Source: Candidatus Spongiisociaceae bacterium (lineage in GTDB: Bacteria; Actinomycetota; Acidimicrobiia; Spongiisociales; Spongiisociaceae). From it: a DNA stretch of 64,000 nucleotides. The DNA lies in contig OZ253564.1 of the NCBI GenBank assembly GCA_965262915.1, positions 1,216,001-1,280,000 on the forward strand. Reading direction: 5' to 3'. This document shows positions 10,021-23,140 of this stretch, piece after piece (the stretch's first letter is position 1; each line of letters opens with the position of its first letter). The notes under the pieces were generated by a model. That model was not told where the DNA came from, did no database searches, and saw only the letters and a program-made list of their open reading frames with translations. Position numbers and translations under genes: made by a program.

Positions 10021-10803
10021 ATGAGGTTCCGTTACTTGGCCGGAGTGGCCATTGTCGGTGTTGTATTCGCCTTGGCGGGGTGCGGAGGTGGTTCCGACGA
10101 ACAGGCCGAGTCCGTTGAGCCGGTTGTGACTTCGGCGGCTGCAACGCCGATAGCGACAACCTCAGCCACGACATCCGTCGGCACCGCGGCACCAGCGTCG
10201 ACTGTGGTGGAGGATACTCCCCCTGCGTCCACCACGACCGGCCTGGTTTCGACGACCGTGACGTCGGTGGTGGAGGAAGCGGTGACCACTACGGTTGCAG
10301 AGACGACCATGGTTGCAGAGACGACCATGGTTGCAGAGACGACCGTGGTTGCAGAGACGACCGTGGTTGCGGAGTCTGCTGTGGTCGTCCCCGAGGGTCC
10401 CCGTGTTCCGGCTGTCACTCTTGAGCTGGACGACGGCACCGTCTTCGTTTCGACCGAAGCTACCAGGCCTGTTCTCTACCTGTTCTGGGCTGAGTGGTGA
10501 CCGGCATGTCGGCGGGAGTTGCCTGTCGTCGATTATTTGGCCGGTGAATATGCGGGCCGGGTGGATGTGGTCGCGGTCGCCTGGGCTTCGACGTATGAGA
10601 AGACGGCCTCGGCTGCCCGTGGTTACCTCAGGTCGGGGGCTACCCGCTGGTTGCTGGACGAGGACGAGTCGGTGTTTGCTGCCTTCGAAGTGGGGTACCA
10701 GCCGGTTGGGGTGTTTGTGGTGGACGGTGTGGAGGTGAACCGCTGGTTGGGGACTCTTCCCGAACAGGAACTGCGCGACGCCTTCGACAGCGCGACCGCT
10801 TGA
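10021..10803 (+). CDS. TlpA/thioredoxin-like lipoprotein with UxxC motif (probable selenoprotein; UGA at 10498-10500)
   Basis: Lipobox LAGC and a Thr-rich linker, then YLFWAEW-TGA-PACRRELP in frame into a complete redoxin domain. Confidence 0.8.
10293..10373 (+). repeat. 18-bp coding tandem repeat (GGTTGCAGAGACGACCRT, ~4.5 copies)
   Basis: Visible directly; encodes VAETT(M/V). Confidence 0.9.
10510..10528 (+). promoter_or_regulatory. Candidate bacterial SECIS hairpin
   Basis: CGGCGGG-AGUUG-CCUGUCG stem-loop (two GU pairs) starting 9 nt after the UGA. Confidence 0.5.
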
Positions 10804-11402
10804 CATCGGCGGCGTATCCCCATCCCATGGCATTCTCGATCATGGGTCGGTTGTTCTCTCTGGGAGACGTGATTGTCAGCCGCTCTCCGTTGTCGAGGCT
10901 GATGACCGCGACGACCAGGGGAGTCAGGCCGCCGAACGGGTAGGAAACGGTTACCGGCACACAAACGAGTGTCCTGCGACGGTGAGGATCCCAGGCTTCG
11001 TGCGATCCGGACCAGGCTGGGCCGTTTGCCATCTGAGGGCAAGCTATCCGCGGCAGCCTGTATGAGCACCCAACATCCAGACCACATCGACATCCGCCAG
11101 CGCGTTCGCTAGGTGGTGGGACCACTACCGGACTGCCGAGCGGACCAGACTGGGGCGGAGCCCGGTACATCGGCGGCCGTGGCCGCTCTGGAGCTAGGGC
11201 GGCCCAGCTCGGTACTCCTCCTCGAGGAACCGTGCAAACCGGAGCGGGGCAACTCCAATGCGGAACAGCACGCTCGCGGTCATGTTTCTCCCCTTCGGGT
11301 GCCGGTAGCGTACGTTGAGGGAGGCGGAACACAGCGAGGGGCGTCGATGGCTGCCAGGACACGGCGAATCGTTTTTCAGACAGACCACTAGCCTGGCGTG
11401 AC

Positions 11403-12416
11403 GTGAACTCGCGATCGCACATCGGATTGTCCCGGGCGCTGGCCTCATCGACTTCCTCTTGGGCAAGGATGGTCAGGAGGGCCGAGGCAGCCGGTTTGGG
11501 TCAGGTGAACAGCGCCGATACGGCCGGCGCGGACTGCTTCGTGGATGGCGGTGTCGCCGTTTCCGTTTCCTCGTCGATCCGCCTCGGCGTATCGGTGGCC
11601 TTGCCCACCCGGTCTCCGCTTCAGACGGCGATCGCAGCTGCGTCGCTGGCGGACATCGCCCCTGCCCGGGTCACTCTCGGGCTTGGTATCGGTAGCCGGG
11701 ATACCAACGAGAACCGGCACGGGTTCGATTACGACCCGCCACTGGCGCGGATGCGGGATTTCCTTCGCGTGATCAGCGCGCTCCTGCGCGGCCCTAAGGG
11801 AGAGCAGGTTTCGTATGAAGGACCCCTTTACCGGGCCGTCGGAGCCGACATGGGTCTGGATTCCGAGGCACTGCCGGTGGTGCTGGGTGCCCACGGCCCT
11901 CGGATGACCAGGTTGGCGGCCGAGGAGACCGACGGCCTCATAGCCCACATATTCACCCCGCTCGAGATCCTCCGGTCGAGGTTGGATTTGGTGAGCCGGG
12001 TCCGTTCCGGTCCCTTCCGGGTGGCGGCCGGACGGCCGGTTGCCGTACACGAGGACCTGAGCGAGGCCATGGAGTTGGCCCGAGCGGAGCTAGCCGCTGT
12101 TCTGTCGATACCCCGCTTCCAGCCTCGCCTGGTGGAGCTACGCGGTCCGGAGGACGCCTCCGCGGTTCTCGAACCCCTAAGAGTCGCCGATCCGAGCGCG
12201 GCGCTGGGCAGGATCGACGACGATTTGGTGAACGAGTTCGTCACAGTGGCCGAGCCGGATCGGGTGGTCGAGGAACTGGGTGATCTCCCGGGGGTCGACA
12301 CGGTCGTCCCCGTTCCGGTAGGCATCTTCGCTCCGATTGTGGCGTCGAGGTTGGGTTTGGACTTGGGGAGATTCGAAGAGTCGCGGAAGGCCCTGATATC
12401 GGCATTGCTGGAGTGA
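11403..12416 (+). CDS. LLM-class (luciferase-like) flavin/F420-dependent oxidoreductase
   Basis: IRLGVSVA, RSPLQTAIAAASL, LGLGIG, VVLGAHGPRMTRLAAEETDG. Confidence 0.85.
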   Translation: MNSRSHIGLSRALASSTSSWARMVRRAEAAGLGQVNSADTAGADCFVDGGVAVSVSSSIRLGVSVALPTRSPLQTAIAAASLADIAPARVTLGLGIGSRDTNENRHGFDYDPPLARMRDFLRVISALLRGPKGEQVSYEGPLYRAVGADMGLDSEALPVVLGAHGPRMTRLAAEETDGLIAHIFTPLEILRSRLDLVSRVRSGPFRVAAGRPVAVHEDLSEAMELARAELAAVLSIPRFQPRLVELRGPEDASAVLEPLRVADPSAALGRIDDDLVNEFVTVAEPDRVVEELGDLPGVDTVVPVPVGIFAPIVASRLGLDLGRFEESRKALISALLE

Positions 12417-12845
12417 AGGAGAGACCGTGGTAGGCGCGATGGAGTACGTCACGCTGGGTGTCTCGGATATGGATGAGTCGGTTCGCCTGTTTCGTGACGT
12501 TATGGAGTTCGATGTGGAAACGGAGTACACGCCCTGAATCGCCCCGGGTTTCCCGGAGACTCGATTAGTTGGGAGATAATGGGGTATGGGACGACCGATT
12601 ATGTATTCACCGGAGGTGCGGGAGCGTGCTGTTCGGATGGTGTCAGAGCATCGGGGGGAGCACCGTTGGGAGTGGGCGGCGATCTGTTCGATCGCGGAGA
12701 AGTTCGGGTGTGCGTCTGAGACGTTGCGCAAGTGGGTGCGGCCGGCTGAGCGGGACAAGGGCGTGCGCTCTGGGTTGAGTTCGGATCAGTTGACCGAACT
12801 GGGGGAGTTGCGGCGGGAGGTCCGGGAGTTGCGCCGGGCGAATGA

Positions 12846-14977
<2,132 letters not shown>

Positions 14978-15268
14978 CAATACCTGTCCATCCGCTACAC
15001 CAACCGCCTCACCGAAGCCGGCATCTCACCGTCGGTCGGATCAGTCGGAGACTCCTACGACAACGCCCTCGCCGAATCAGTCATCGGCCTCTACAAGACA
15101 GAACTCATCCGCCCGAAGGGACCATGGCGCGACCGGGACCAAGTCGAGTACGCCACCCTCGAGTACGTGGACTGGTTCAACCACCGAAGACTCCTCGAAC
15201 CAATAGGACACATCCCACCAGCAGAAAAGGAGGCCAACTACCATCGTCAACAAACGCGAGTCCAGCTA

Positions 15269-16438
15269 GTGTCCTGATTCCTTAGTTTCTTTGCCATATG
15301 CTGCTAGAATATGCAGGTCAGTAGCAGTCAGTAGTGGGAGCAGCGTATGGAGAAGCAGCGGAGTCGTAAAGCAGTGGTTATCGAGCTGGATGAAGAGGAA
15401 CGCCAGACGCTCGAGCGGTGGATACGGCGGCGTAGCACCGCACAAGGGTTAGCGATGCGGTCTCGTATCGTGCTGGGAGCGGCCGAAGGCCGCACCAATG
15501 TGGACATCGCAGCGGAGGTGGGCTGCAGCGGGGTTACGGTCTCGAAGTGGCGGAACCGTTTCGCCCGGCGCCGTCTCGACGGCCTCTACGACAATCCCCG
15601 CCCCGGGCCGCCCCGCCGCATCGACGACGCCAAGGTAGAAGAAGTGGTGGTCAAGACCCTCGAGGAAACACCGAGAGACGCGACGCACTGGTCGACCCGG
15701 TCCATGGCGAGGGCCGTCGGCCTGTCCCAGTCGTCGATCCTAAGAATATGGCGGGCGTTCGGTCTCAAGCCGCACCGGACCGAGCATTTCAAGATATCTC
15801 CCGACCCCCAGTTCGTGGAAAAGGTCCGCGACCTGGCGGGTTTGTACCTGAACCCGCCCGACGCGGCGGTGGTGCTGTGTGTGGACCACAAATCCCAGAT
15901 ACAGGCCCTCGACCGCACCGCGCCGATCCTGCCCCTGTTGCCCGGAACCCCCCAGCGGCGCACCCACGACTACCGCCGGTACGGCACCACCAACCTCCAC
16001 GCCGCGCTCGACACGGCCACCGGCCGGGTCATCACCTCCATGACACGACGCAACCGCACCCACAAATTCCAGACGTTCCTAAACCTCATCAACCGCGAAG
16101 TCCCACCAGAACTCGACGTCCATGTCGTGTTGGACAACGCGTCGCCCCACAAAACCGAACCCATAGGGCGCTGGCTGCAACGCCATCCACGGTTCACGTT
16201 CCATTTCACACCCACCTACGCGTCGTGGATGAACCTCGTCGAGCGATGGTTCTCCGAACTCACCACCAAACAGATACGCCGAGGCACCCACCGATCCGTA
16301 GCCGAACTCACCGACGCCATCAACCAATGGACCCAACACTGGAACCAAAACCCCAAACCCTTCATCTGGCACAAAACCGCCGACCAAATCTTCGACAACC
16401 TCACCAACTATCTACAACGAATCCCCGAATCAGGACAC
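15269..16438 (+). mobile_element. IS630-family element inserted at CTAG near the end of IS3 orfB
   Basis: IRs GTGTCCTGATTC / GAATCAGGACAC with TA duplication; removal restores ...VQLAGLK*. Confidence 0.92.
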
Positions 16439-16441
16439 TAG
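15347..16441 (+). CDS. IS630-family transposase
   Basis: PRPGPPR, HWSTRSMA, YRRYGT, VLDN, TPTYASWMNLVERWF. Confidence 0.92.
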   Translation: MEKQRSRKAVVIELDEEERQTLERWIRRRSTAQGLAMRSRIVLGAAEGRTNVDIAAEVGCSGVTVSKWRNRFARRRLDGLYDNPRPGPPRRIDDAKVEEVVVKTLEETPRDATHWSTRSMARAVGLSQSSILRIWRAFGLKPHRTEHFKISPDPQFVEKVRDLAGLYLNPPDAAVVLCVDHKSQIQALDRTAPILPLLPGTPQRRTHDYRRYGTTNLHAALDTATGRVITSMTRRNRTHKFQTFLNLINREVPPELDVHVVLDNASPHKTEPIGRWLQRHPRFTFHFTPTYASWMNLVERWFSELTTKQIRRGTHRSVAELTDAINQWTQHWNQNPKPFIWHKTADQIFDNLTNYLQRIPESGH

Positions 16442-17579
16442 CTGGACTCAAATAAAACACCCTCCGGCAAACCCGGTACGGTTCACCCTCGCCCGCACTC
16501 CGTGCGCTGTGGGGCCTCGACGACGTTGAGGACGCCCGAGTGGTTGAGCTGTCCTGTGCCGGGTATCCGGTGGGTCGGCTCCGTCTTCTCGCCACCACCC
16601 CTCCCCGCACCATCCGGGTGCGTGACGACCACGGTGGTCCCGATACCGCCACCGATGTGGGGGTCAAGGCGATCGACTTCTACGTGCGGCCGCCCATCGC
16701 CCACTGGATCGAGACGCTGGAGGGCGCCGGATGCCGGGCGCGTTCGGAACCGATCCGTTGGGAGATCGGGACGGTGGAGAGCGAGGAGATCAATATCTCG
16801 GGTCCTGACGGCTACCCGATGCTCCTGATGGTGGCCTGGCGCCACCCGGAGGCCTTCCGCCGTGAATGGGATGGTGTGAATCCGTTCAGCGAAGTTGCGA
16901 CGACCTCGGTGGTGTGCGGGGATCTGGACGACAGCCGCTACTTCTACAGCGAGGTACTGGGACTCACGAAGTTCACCGACGATGAGGTCGCCGACGAGTA
17001 CCGGGAACTCGCCGACACCCTGACCGGTGTCCCGTCCGGAACGAGGGTCCGCCTGACCCTCTACGGTGCGGAGGGCGAACCGAGCGGGAAGCTCCTCCTC
17101 GTGCACTTCTACGAGGCGTCGGTGCGAAGGCTGGACGGCAGGATACGCCCCGACCACCTGGGCGTGGCGATGTTCACCCATACGACCGCGGATATCGAGG
17201 GAATCCATCGTCGAGTGAAGGCCTCGGGGAACTCGGTCCTTGCTGCGCCGACCGAGGTCCCCGAATACGAAGGACGGGTGATGGTCGCCGCCGGACCCAA
17301 CGACGAGCTGTTCGAAATCACCGAAGCGGTTCGCTGAAGAACCGTTTGACAACCCGGAAACGAGACCCATAGGTTTCTCGGCACGCGGGCCTCCCGGTTC
17401 CCGGCCGGCCCCCGACCTGTAAGTGAGGTATGGATCCGTCCCCAAATCGAGTTGATCCACGAGGTTGACTACATCCTCCGCCCGGCGGAGCTTCCCAGCA
17501 TGAAGGGTCCGGTGATCATCGGGATTCAGGGTCGGTTCGAGACGACCGATTCCTCGGCCGGCCAGGGCAGGTAGGCCGT

Positions 17580-19277
17580 ATGGACATCAAACGACGCTAC
17601 GTCTACGCCGGAGCCAGGAGGGTTCACTATCGGAGGGCCGGGACAGGTCCGCCCCTAGTGATGCTGCACGCCTCGCCCGGTAGTTCCTACGTTCTGGAGC
17701 CTCTGATGCGGCTCCTGGCCGAGTCGCGCACGGTCATCGCCATCGACACCCCCGGGTACGGGGAGTCGGAAGGTCTCGACATCGAAGAACCCGAGATCAG
17801 CGCCTTCGGGGCGGTTCTGGTCGATACCCTTGACGCCCTCGATCTCGATCGCTTCGATCTCTACGGAACCCATACCGGCTCGAAGATCGCGGTCGAGTTC
17901 ACCGGTAACAACCCGGCGAGGGTGCGGCGCCTGGTGCTGGACGGGATCGGTGCGTACACGCCCGAGGAACGGGCCGACCTGCTGGCCAACTACACCATCG
18001 ACCTCTCGCCTGAATGGGACGGTACCCATCTGATCCGAGCCTGGACGATGCGGCGCGACATGCACATGTTCTGGCCGTGGTACAGCCGCGAAGGTGACCA
18101 CCGCATGGCGATGGACATCCCGTCCACCGACGAGATGCACGACCACTTCATCGACTTCCTGCGTGCCATTCCGGATTACGGCAAGGCTTACCGGGCCTCC
18201 TTCCGCTACAACGTCTCGGAGGGGATGGGCCGGCTCACCGTACCTACCCTCATGATCGCCCTTCCCTCCGACCCCCTCTTCCAGTACCTGGCAGGAGGTA
18301 CCGACCTGGGAGATGACGTAACGGTCGAGACGGGCGCCACTGATCTGGAGAGGCTCGCAGACCTCACGGCGCGGTTCCTGGGAGAGGGCGAGCGACTTCC
18401 CGATACCGCTCCCGAGACGGCGCCCGTGCCCGTGGCCGGTTGCCTGCGGCGCCGCTTCGTCGATGTCTCGATCGGCTCCCTTCACGTCCGTTGGAGTGGC
18501 GACGAGGGCCGTCCCCTCGTCGTGCTGCACGCCTCGCCTACCTCCGCCAAGAACCTCGATCCCCTCACCAGGCGCTTCGCTGCGACGCGTCCGGTGATCG
18601 CCTTCGACAACCCCGGGAACGGGGACTCCTCACCAATACCGGGCGAGCCGGAGATCGCCGACCTGGCCGAGGTAATCGTCGAGGGACTCGACGCGCTGAG
18701 CGTGGGGGAGTTCGACCTGTACGGTTCGCACACCGGTGCTCATATCGGCATCGAAGTAGCCATCAGCCAGGGTCGGCGGGTATCTGCTCTGATCCTCGAC
18801 GGGATCATTCCCTACGACGAGGCTCAGGCGGTCGAGTGGTTGGCTTCCTACCCTCCCCCGATGGTTCCCGACCGCCACGGGGGCCATCTCATCTGGGCGT
18901 GGAACTTCATGAGGGACCAGGTGGTGTTCTGGCCGTGGTTCTCCCAGAAGGCGGACAGCGTCCGGCATGGTGCTTCGATCCCGGACGCCGAAGTGCTTCA
19001 TGACCGGGTCGTTGAGATGCTGAAAGGCGGGCGCACCTATCACCACCAGTACGCGGCGGCCTTCCGGTACCGGACCCAGGACCGGCTTCCGCTTGTCGAG
19101 GTACCGACTCTCGTGTGTGCCGGACCCACAGACCCGCTACTCGAGCACCTCGTCGCGGTTCCAGACATCCTCCCCGAGGCCGAGGTACTGGCCCATCCCG
19201 GTCTGGCGACCGAATCCGACGCCGATCACACCGTTGGCGAGTTCGCCCGGTTCCTCTCCCGGGCCGGTGGTACTTGA
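17580..19277 (+). CDS. Tandem two-domain alpha/beta-fold hydrolase
   Basis: Two repeated domains, each with LHASP.S, D(T/N)PG.G.S and DLYG(T/S)HTG. Confidence 0.85.
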   Translation: MDIKRRYVYAGARRVHYRRAGTGPPLVMLHASPGSSYVLEPLMRLLAESRTVIAIDTPGYGESEGLDIEEPEISAFGAVLVDTLDALDLDRFDLYGTHTGSKIAVEFTGNNPARVRRLVLDGIGAYTPEERADLLANYTIDLSPEWDGTHLIRAWTMRRDMHMFWPWYSREGDHRMAMDIPSTDEMHDHFIDFLRAIPDYGKAYRASFRYNVSEGMGRLTVPTLMIALPSDPLFQYLAGGTDLGDDVTVETGATDLERLADLTARFLGEGERLPDTAPETAPVPVAGCLRRRFVDVSIGSLHVRWSGDEGRPLVVLHASPTSAKNLDPLTRRFAATRPVIAFDNPGNGDSSPIPGEPEIADLAEVIVEGLDALSVGEFDLYGSHTGAHIGIEVAISQGRRVSALILDGIIPYDEAQAVEWLASYPPPMVPDRHGGHLIWAWNFMRDQVVFWPWFSQKADSVRHGASIPDAEVLHDRVVEMLKGGRTYHHQYAAAFRYRTQDRLPLVEVPTLVCAGPTDPLLEHLVAVPDILPEAEVLAHPGLATESDADHTVGEFARFLSRAGGT

Positions 19278-19279
19278 GC

Positions 19280-20236
19280 ATGGCTCGAAGCGGCGGCAGC
19301 CGGCTGGTCGCGGCCATGATCGGCACCGCGGAGCCGGGTCGGCACATCGACCTGTTCCGTGACGTGCTCGGCATGTAGGTGGTCTCCGAACAGATCCTGT
19401 CGGGTACCGAAGCGGGCTTGCTACCGGGAGTGGACGTGCGCTCGGCACGGGTCACGGTGCTCACCACCCCCCCCCCCCCCCCCAGCTACGCCGGGGTGGC
19501 CCTTGTCGAGTTCGATCCCGTCTCGGAGGTGGTGATCCGCGAGGGCATGCAGGGCATCGACATCGATGCCCTCAAGGTCATCGATGTCGTGACCTCCGAG
19601 GCCGAGGCCGGCTTCGTCCGCTTCGAGAGTGCCGGCTTTGTGGTGTCCGACGTGCGGTCCAGTTACGAGATCGAGGACGGATCCGTCACCGAGACCCATG
19701 CATACGGTCCCGAGGGTGTGGTGATCGGCATCCTGGACTTCCACACCATCGAAGCTGCCCGGTTCGTGGAGATCACCGGTCGGTTGTTCTCGGAGGCGAT
19801 GAGCGTGTCGGTTCCGGTGGACGACCTCGAACCCGTTGTCGAGTGGTACGGCCGGGTGCTCGGTTTCGATGTGGTACACCGATACGGTTTCGACGCGGAG
19901 AGCTTCAAGGACCTGGTCGGCACCGACTCCGCGGCCTGGAACGTCCGGGGAACCAACATCGGGCATAGCACCCAGGAGTTCTATTTCGGGGTCATCGACT
20001 ACGGAACGGGTGACACCCGACGGCGGTCCCTCGGGGACAGAGCCAGGCCTCCCAATCGGGGGATCGCCGGTGCGCTATGCACCGTCGACGACCTCGACGC
20101 GGTGATAACGGCCGCGGCTCCGCACGAGATGGTCACCGAACCGGTTGAGGTTGCGCTCGGGCCATGGGGCCGCACCCCGGCCGCCACCCTGGTAGCTCCT
20201 CACGGCATCATCCATACGGTGGTCGAGACCACGTGA
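19280..20236 (+). pseudogene. VOC family protein with in-frame TAG (19376) and a C17 tract
   Basis: MARSGGSRLVAAMIGTAEPGRHIDLFRDVLGM*VVSEQ...; second VOC half VDDLEPVVEWYGRVLGF. Confidence 0.75.
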
Positions 20237-21153
20237 GCCGGGGTTTTTCCCACGCGATCGTCGGAGTGGCCGACCTAGACGAAGCCGCCCGGCTATGGGT
20301 CGATACCTTCGGGCTCTCCGCGACCGCTCGCCGCGACGGTGCCGACGAAGCGCTGGAGAGCCTTTGGGGTCTCGCTCCGGGTAGTGTCAGTCGCCAGGCG
20401 CTGGTCGGACTGCCGGGTGAGGTGACGGGCCGGTTGCATCTGGTTGAGTTCACCGATCCGGCACCGGCGGTGCGTTCCGGCGCGCGGTCGTTCGATCTCT
20501 GCCCCAAGAACCTCGACGTGAGGCTCACCGGCATGCAGGAACGCTACGACGAACTGGTTTCCGCCGGATGGGTCATGGGCTCGACGCCGGTAAGGATGCC
20601 GGTGGACACGATGGAGATCTACGAGGTCCAGCTCAAGGGACCGGACGTGACCAACCTGTCGCTGGTGGAGGTGGTGGGTGACGATCTCCCGTACACGCCG
20701 CAAGGCTACGTGGCGGTGACCCAGGTGGTCGGTACCAATCCCGACAACCCCGCCGAGCGGGCCTTCTTCGAGGGGGTGTTCGAGTTGGAGCACCTCGACT
20801 ATCACCTGTTCGAGGGTCCCGAGGTGGAGCGGATGGTCGGGCTTCCGGTCGGCGCCAAGCTCGACATGCACATTCTGGGCGACCCCTGCAACCAGTTGGG
20901 CCGGATAGAGCTGGTCCAGTATGCGGGAGCGGACGGAACCGACCTCTACCCGCGGGCCCTGCCACCGGCCTGCGGTTTTCTCGGCGTGGGATTCGACACC
21001 GACGACCTCGACTCGCTCGTGGCCCGGGCCGGATCAGGAGGGCACCCCGTAGAGGATCTGGGAACCGCCGACACCATAACCGGAGGCGGACCCAGCGCGG
21101 GGGTCACCAGCCCGGCCGGATGGCGCATCGAAGTCCGCGAAGCTAGTGGCTAG
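20233..21153 (+). CDS. VOC/glyoxalase family protein
   Basis: GTGA-coupled start; HAIVGVADLDEAARLWVDTFGL, GRIELVQY, SPAGWRIEV. Confidence 0.85.
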   Translation: MSRGFSHAIVGVADLDEAARLWVDTFGLSATARRDGADEALESLWGLAPGSVSRQALVGLPGEVTGRLHLVEFTDPAPAVRSGARSFDLCPKNLDVRLTGMQERYDELVSAGWVMGSTPVRMPVDTMEIYEVQLKGPDVTNLSLVEVVGDDLPYTPQGYVAVTQVVGTNPDNPAERAFFEGVFELEHLDYHLFEGPEVERMVGLPVGAKLDMHILGDPCNQLGRIELVQYAGADGTDLYPRALPPACGFLGVGFDTDDLDSLVARAGSGGHPVEDLGTADTITGGGPSAGVTSPAGWRIEVREASG

Positions 21154-21930
21154 TTGTCCTTCTTACAGAGGTGGTTGACGAGTCGGGTGATTGGTGGTTG
21201 GCCGTTTAGCACGCTGTGGGGTCTGTGGTGATTGTAATGGTCGAGGAAGTCGGTGAGGGCTTGGCGGCGGGTCTGGTTGGTGACATAGAGCCGCCGGTAG
21301 GGTCGCGTGAGTTTGTGGGCGGCGCCGATCTGGGTGAGCGCATCAGCGAAGGCTTGTCCGCGTCGGTAGCCTCAGGCGTTGTCGGTCATCACCCTGTCGA
21401 TGCGGCAGCCCCGCTGGGCGAAGGCTTGGGCAGCTCGCAGGATGAACGCAGCGCAGGCTTCGCTGGTCTGGTTGTCGTGGATCTCTGAGTAGGCGAAGCG
21501 GCTGTGGTCGTCGACCATGGAGTGGACGTATTCGTAACCGATCCGCTGGGTCCGGTCCGCTCGTGTCCGTCCATGGGCTCGCCAGCCTCCCCCATCAGGC
21601 ATTTTGCCCAGCTTCTTGATGTCCACATGGACTAGTTCCCCGGGACAATCCCGCTCGTAGCGGATGGGTATACCAGTGGGCCGGTCCAGGTCATGGAGGC
21701 GGGGCCAGTCCACGACGGCGGAGCACCGCGTAAATGGTGGAACGGGGCATCCCGAGACGCCCGGCCATCAGATGAGGACCATTCCGTTCCGCTATCCGGT
21801 CGCCACCACTCGGTCCTCGACCCGCGGCAGGTACCCGACTCGGGTTCTGATGAGGCCGCGACGAACGGTCCCACAGGCCGGCTTCGCCCTCCTCTTCAAA
21901 GCGGCGCAGCCACTTGTACGCGGGCTGGCG
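21150..21930 (-). mobile_element. IS481-family transposase remnant
   Basis: YERDCPGELVHVDIKKLG, VDDHSRFAYSEI, VMTDN and C-terminal YNHHRPHS; stops and deletions. Confidence 0.8.
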
Positions 21931-22462
21931 GAGGAAGCGATGTCCATGACAAAGCGAATCATGCGAGCCCGACGACGTGCAGTTCGTGACCGGCGTTTTC
22001 CCGACCGACGTCGTGACGATCCGAGCAACGGGCGAAGACCGACGCCTTCTCGAACGTGGGGGAGTAATCGGTTCGTGAGGTGTACGGGTAGAAAAAGCAT
22101 CAACGAGATGGGAGGTTGGAATTGGGCGAGGTGATTGATCACGAGAGGACAGCTCGGATTATCGATGAAGCAAAAACGGAGGCGTATCGGGATGCGAACC
22201 GGGATCGGGCGCTCGGTGCGCATGCCGTGGTGCTGGAGTGCTGGAGGCCCGCGATTGGGAGACGCGGGCGTTCATAGCCGCGGTGCGAACAGGAACGAGT
22301 ATGCGGGATGTTGGGCAGTGGGTTGACATCGACGAGGCGGAGGTCGATCGGCGGATCCAGGAGCTCATGGCTCGATAATCGGGGTCAGCGCCTGGGAAAC
22401 CCGAACCCCGAGCCCCAGCGGAAGGGTCCTCTGTTGCCGAGGGCAGCCCGCTTGGACGGCGG

Positions 22463-22789
22463 TTAGGACGCTCTGGCTGCGAGGATTGACGCCCTTACCT
22501 CACGGATCGCTTCAGTGTTCTTGGCAGCGGTTGCGCTGCGGATCAGGAACCAGTCGACGATCGTCCAGATAACGGCACCGCCGAGCGTGAGCAACTTCGC
22601 GACGCCGAGTCCGATATCGCCGATGTAGAAGCGGTCCACTCCCAGCCCTCCAGAGAAGATGCTCAGGAGCAGAGCTACCGTCGGATCTTTACGTTGGCGA
22701 GCATATGCCGACTCGAACTGGGCCTGCTCAGCAGGGTCAGGGTCCTTCTTGGCTTGTGTGGTCTCATGCAGTTCGGTCTGGATGGACAA
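22463..22789 (-). CDS. TM2-domain membrane protein
   Basis: KDPTVALLLSIFSGGLGVDRFYIG...KLLTLGG..IWTIVDWFLI; TTG start after AAAGGGAG. Confidence 0.85.
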   Translation of the reverse strand: MSIQTELHETTQAKKDPDPAEQAQFESAYARQRKDPTVALLLSIFSGGLGVDRFYIGDIGLGVAKLLTLGGAVIWTIVDWFLIRSATAAKNTEAIREVRASILAARAS

Positions 22790-23140
22790 GGTATTTCTCC
22801 CTTTCAGAATCGGGGCTTCTTTCATCGCGCCACCGACAACCCGACGCCACCAACCCGAACCGAAGGGATCCCGCCAGTTGCCACCGGTGCCACGGTCACA
22901 GCGCCCGGCGTCAAGGACCAGCGGTCGCCTCCACGGCACTCCCCATCACCTCCTGAGGCTCCACAGCGGAGGGAGTGACCGCCGTTTGATGGTCTCACAT
23001 GGTTTCCTAACACCCCACTGCTATTCTGAACACCCTGTTTATCAGGTATTTCTTGCTTCTTGCCGTCTCAGGCGGTACCGTCTAATCCCACCGATAAAGT
23101 GATAACCATAGGTGATAACCAAAATGGGGAGGAGAGACAG

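Noticed and set aside
10293-10373. Tandem repeats as a CRISPR array
   Set aside because: No spacers; they are 18-bp in-frame coding repeats; no cas genes in the window
21940-22380. Gene-like scraps between the IS481 remnant and the TM2 gene
   Set aside because: Multiple stops and no recognisable family, so no call can be supported
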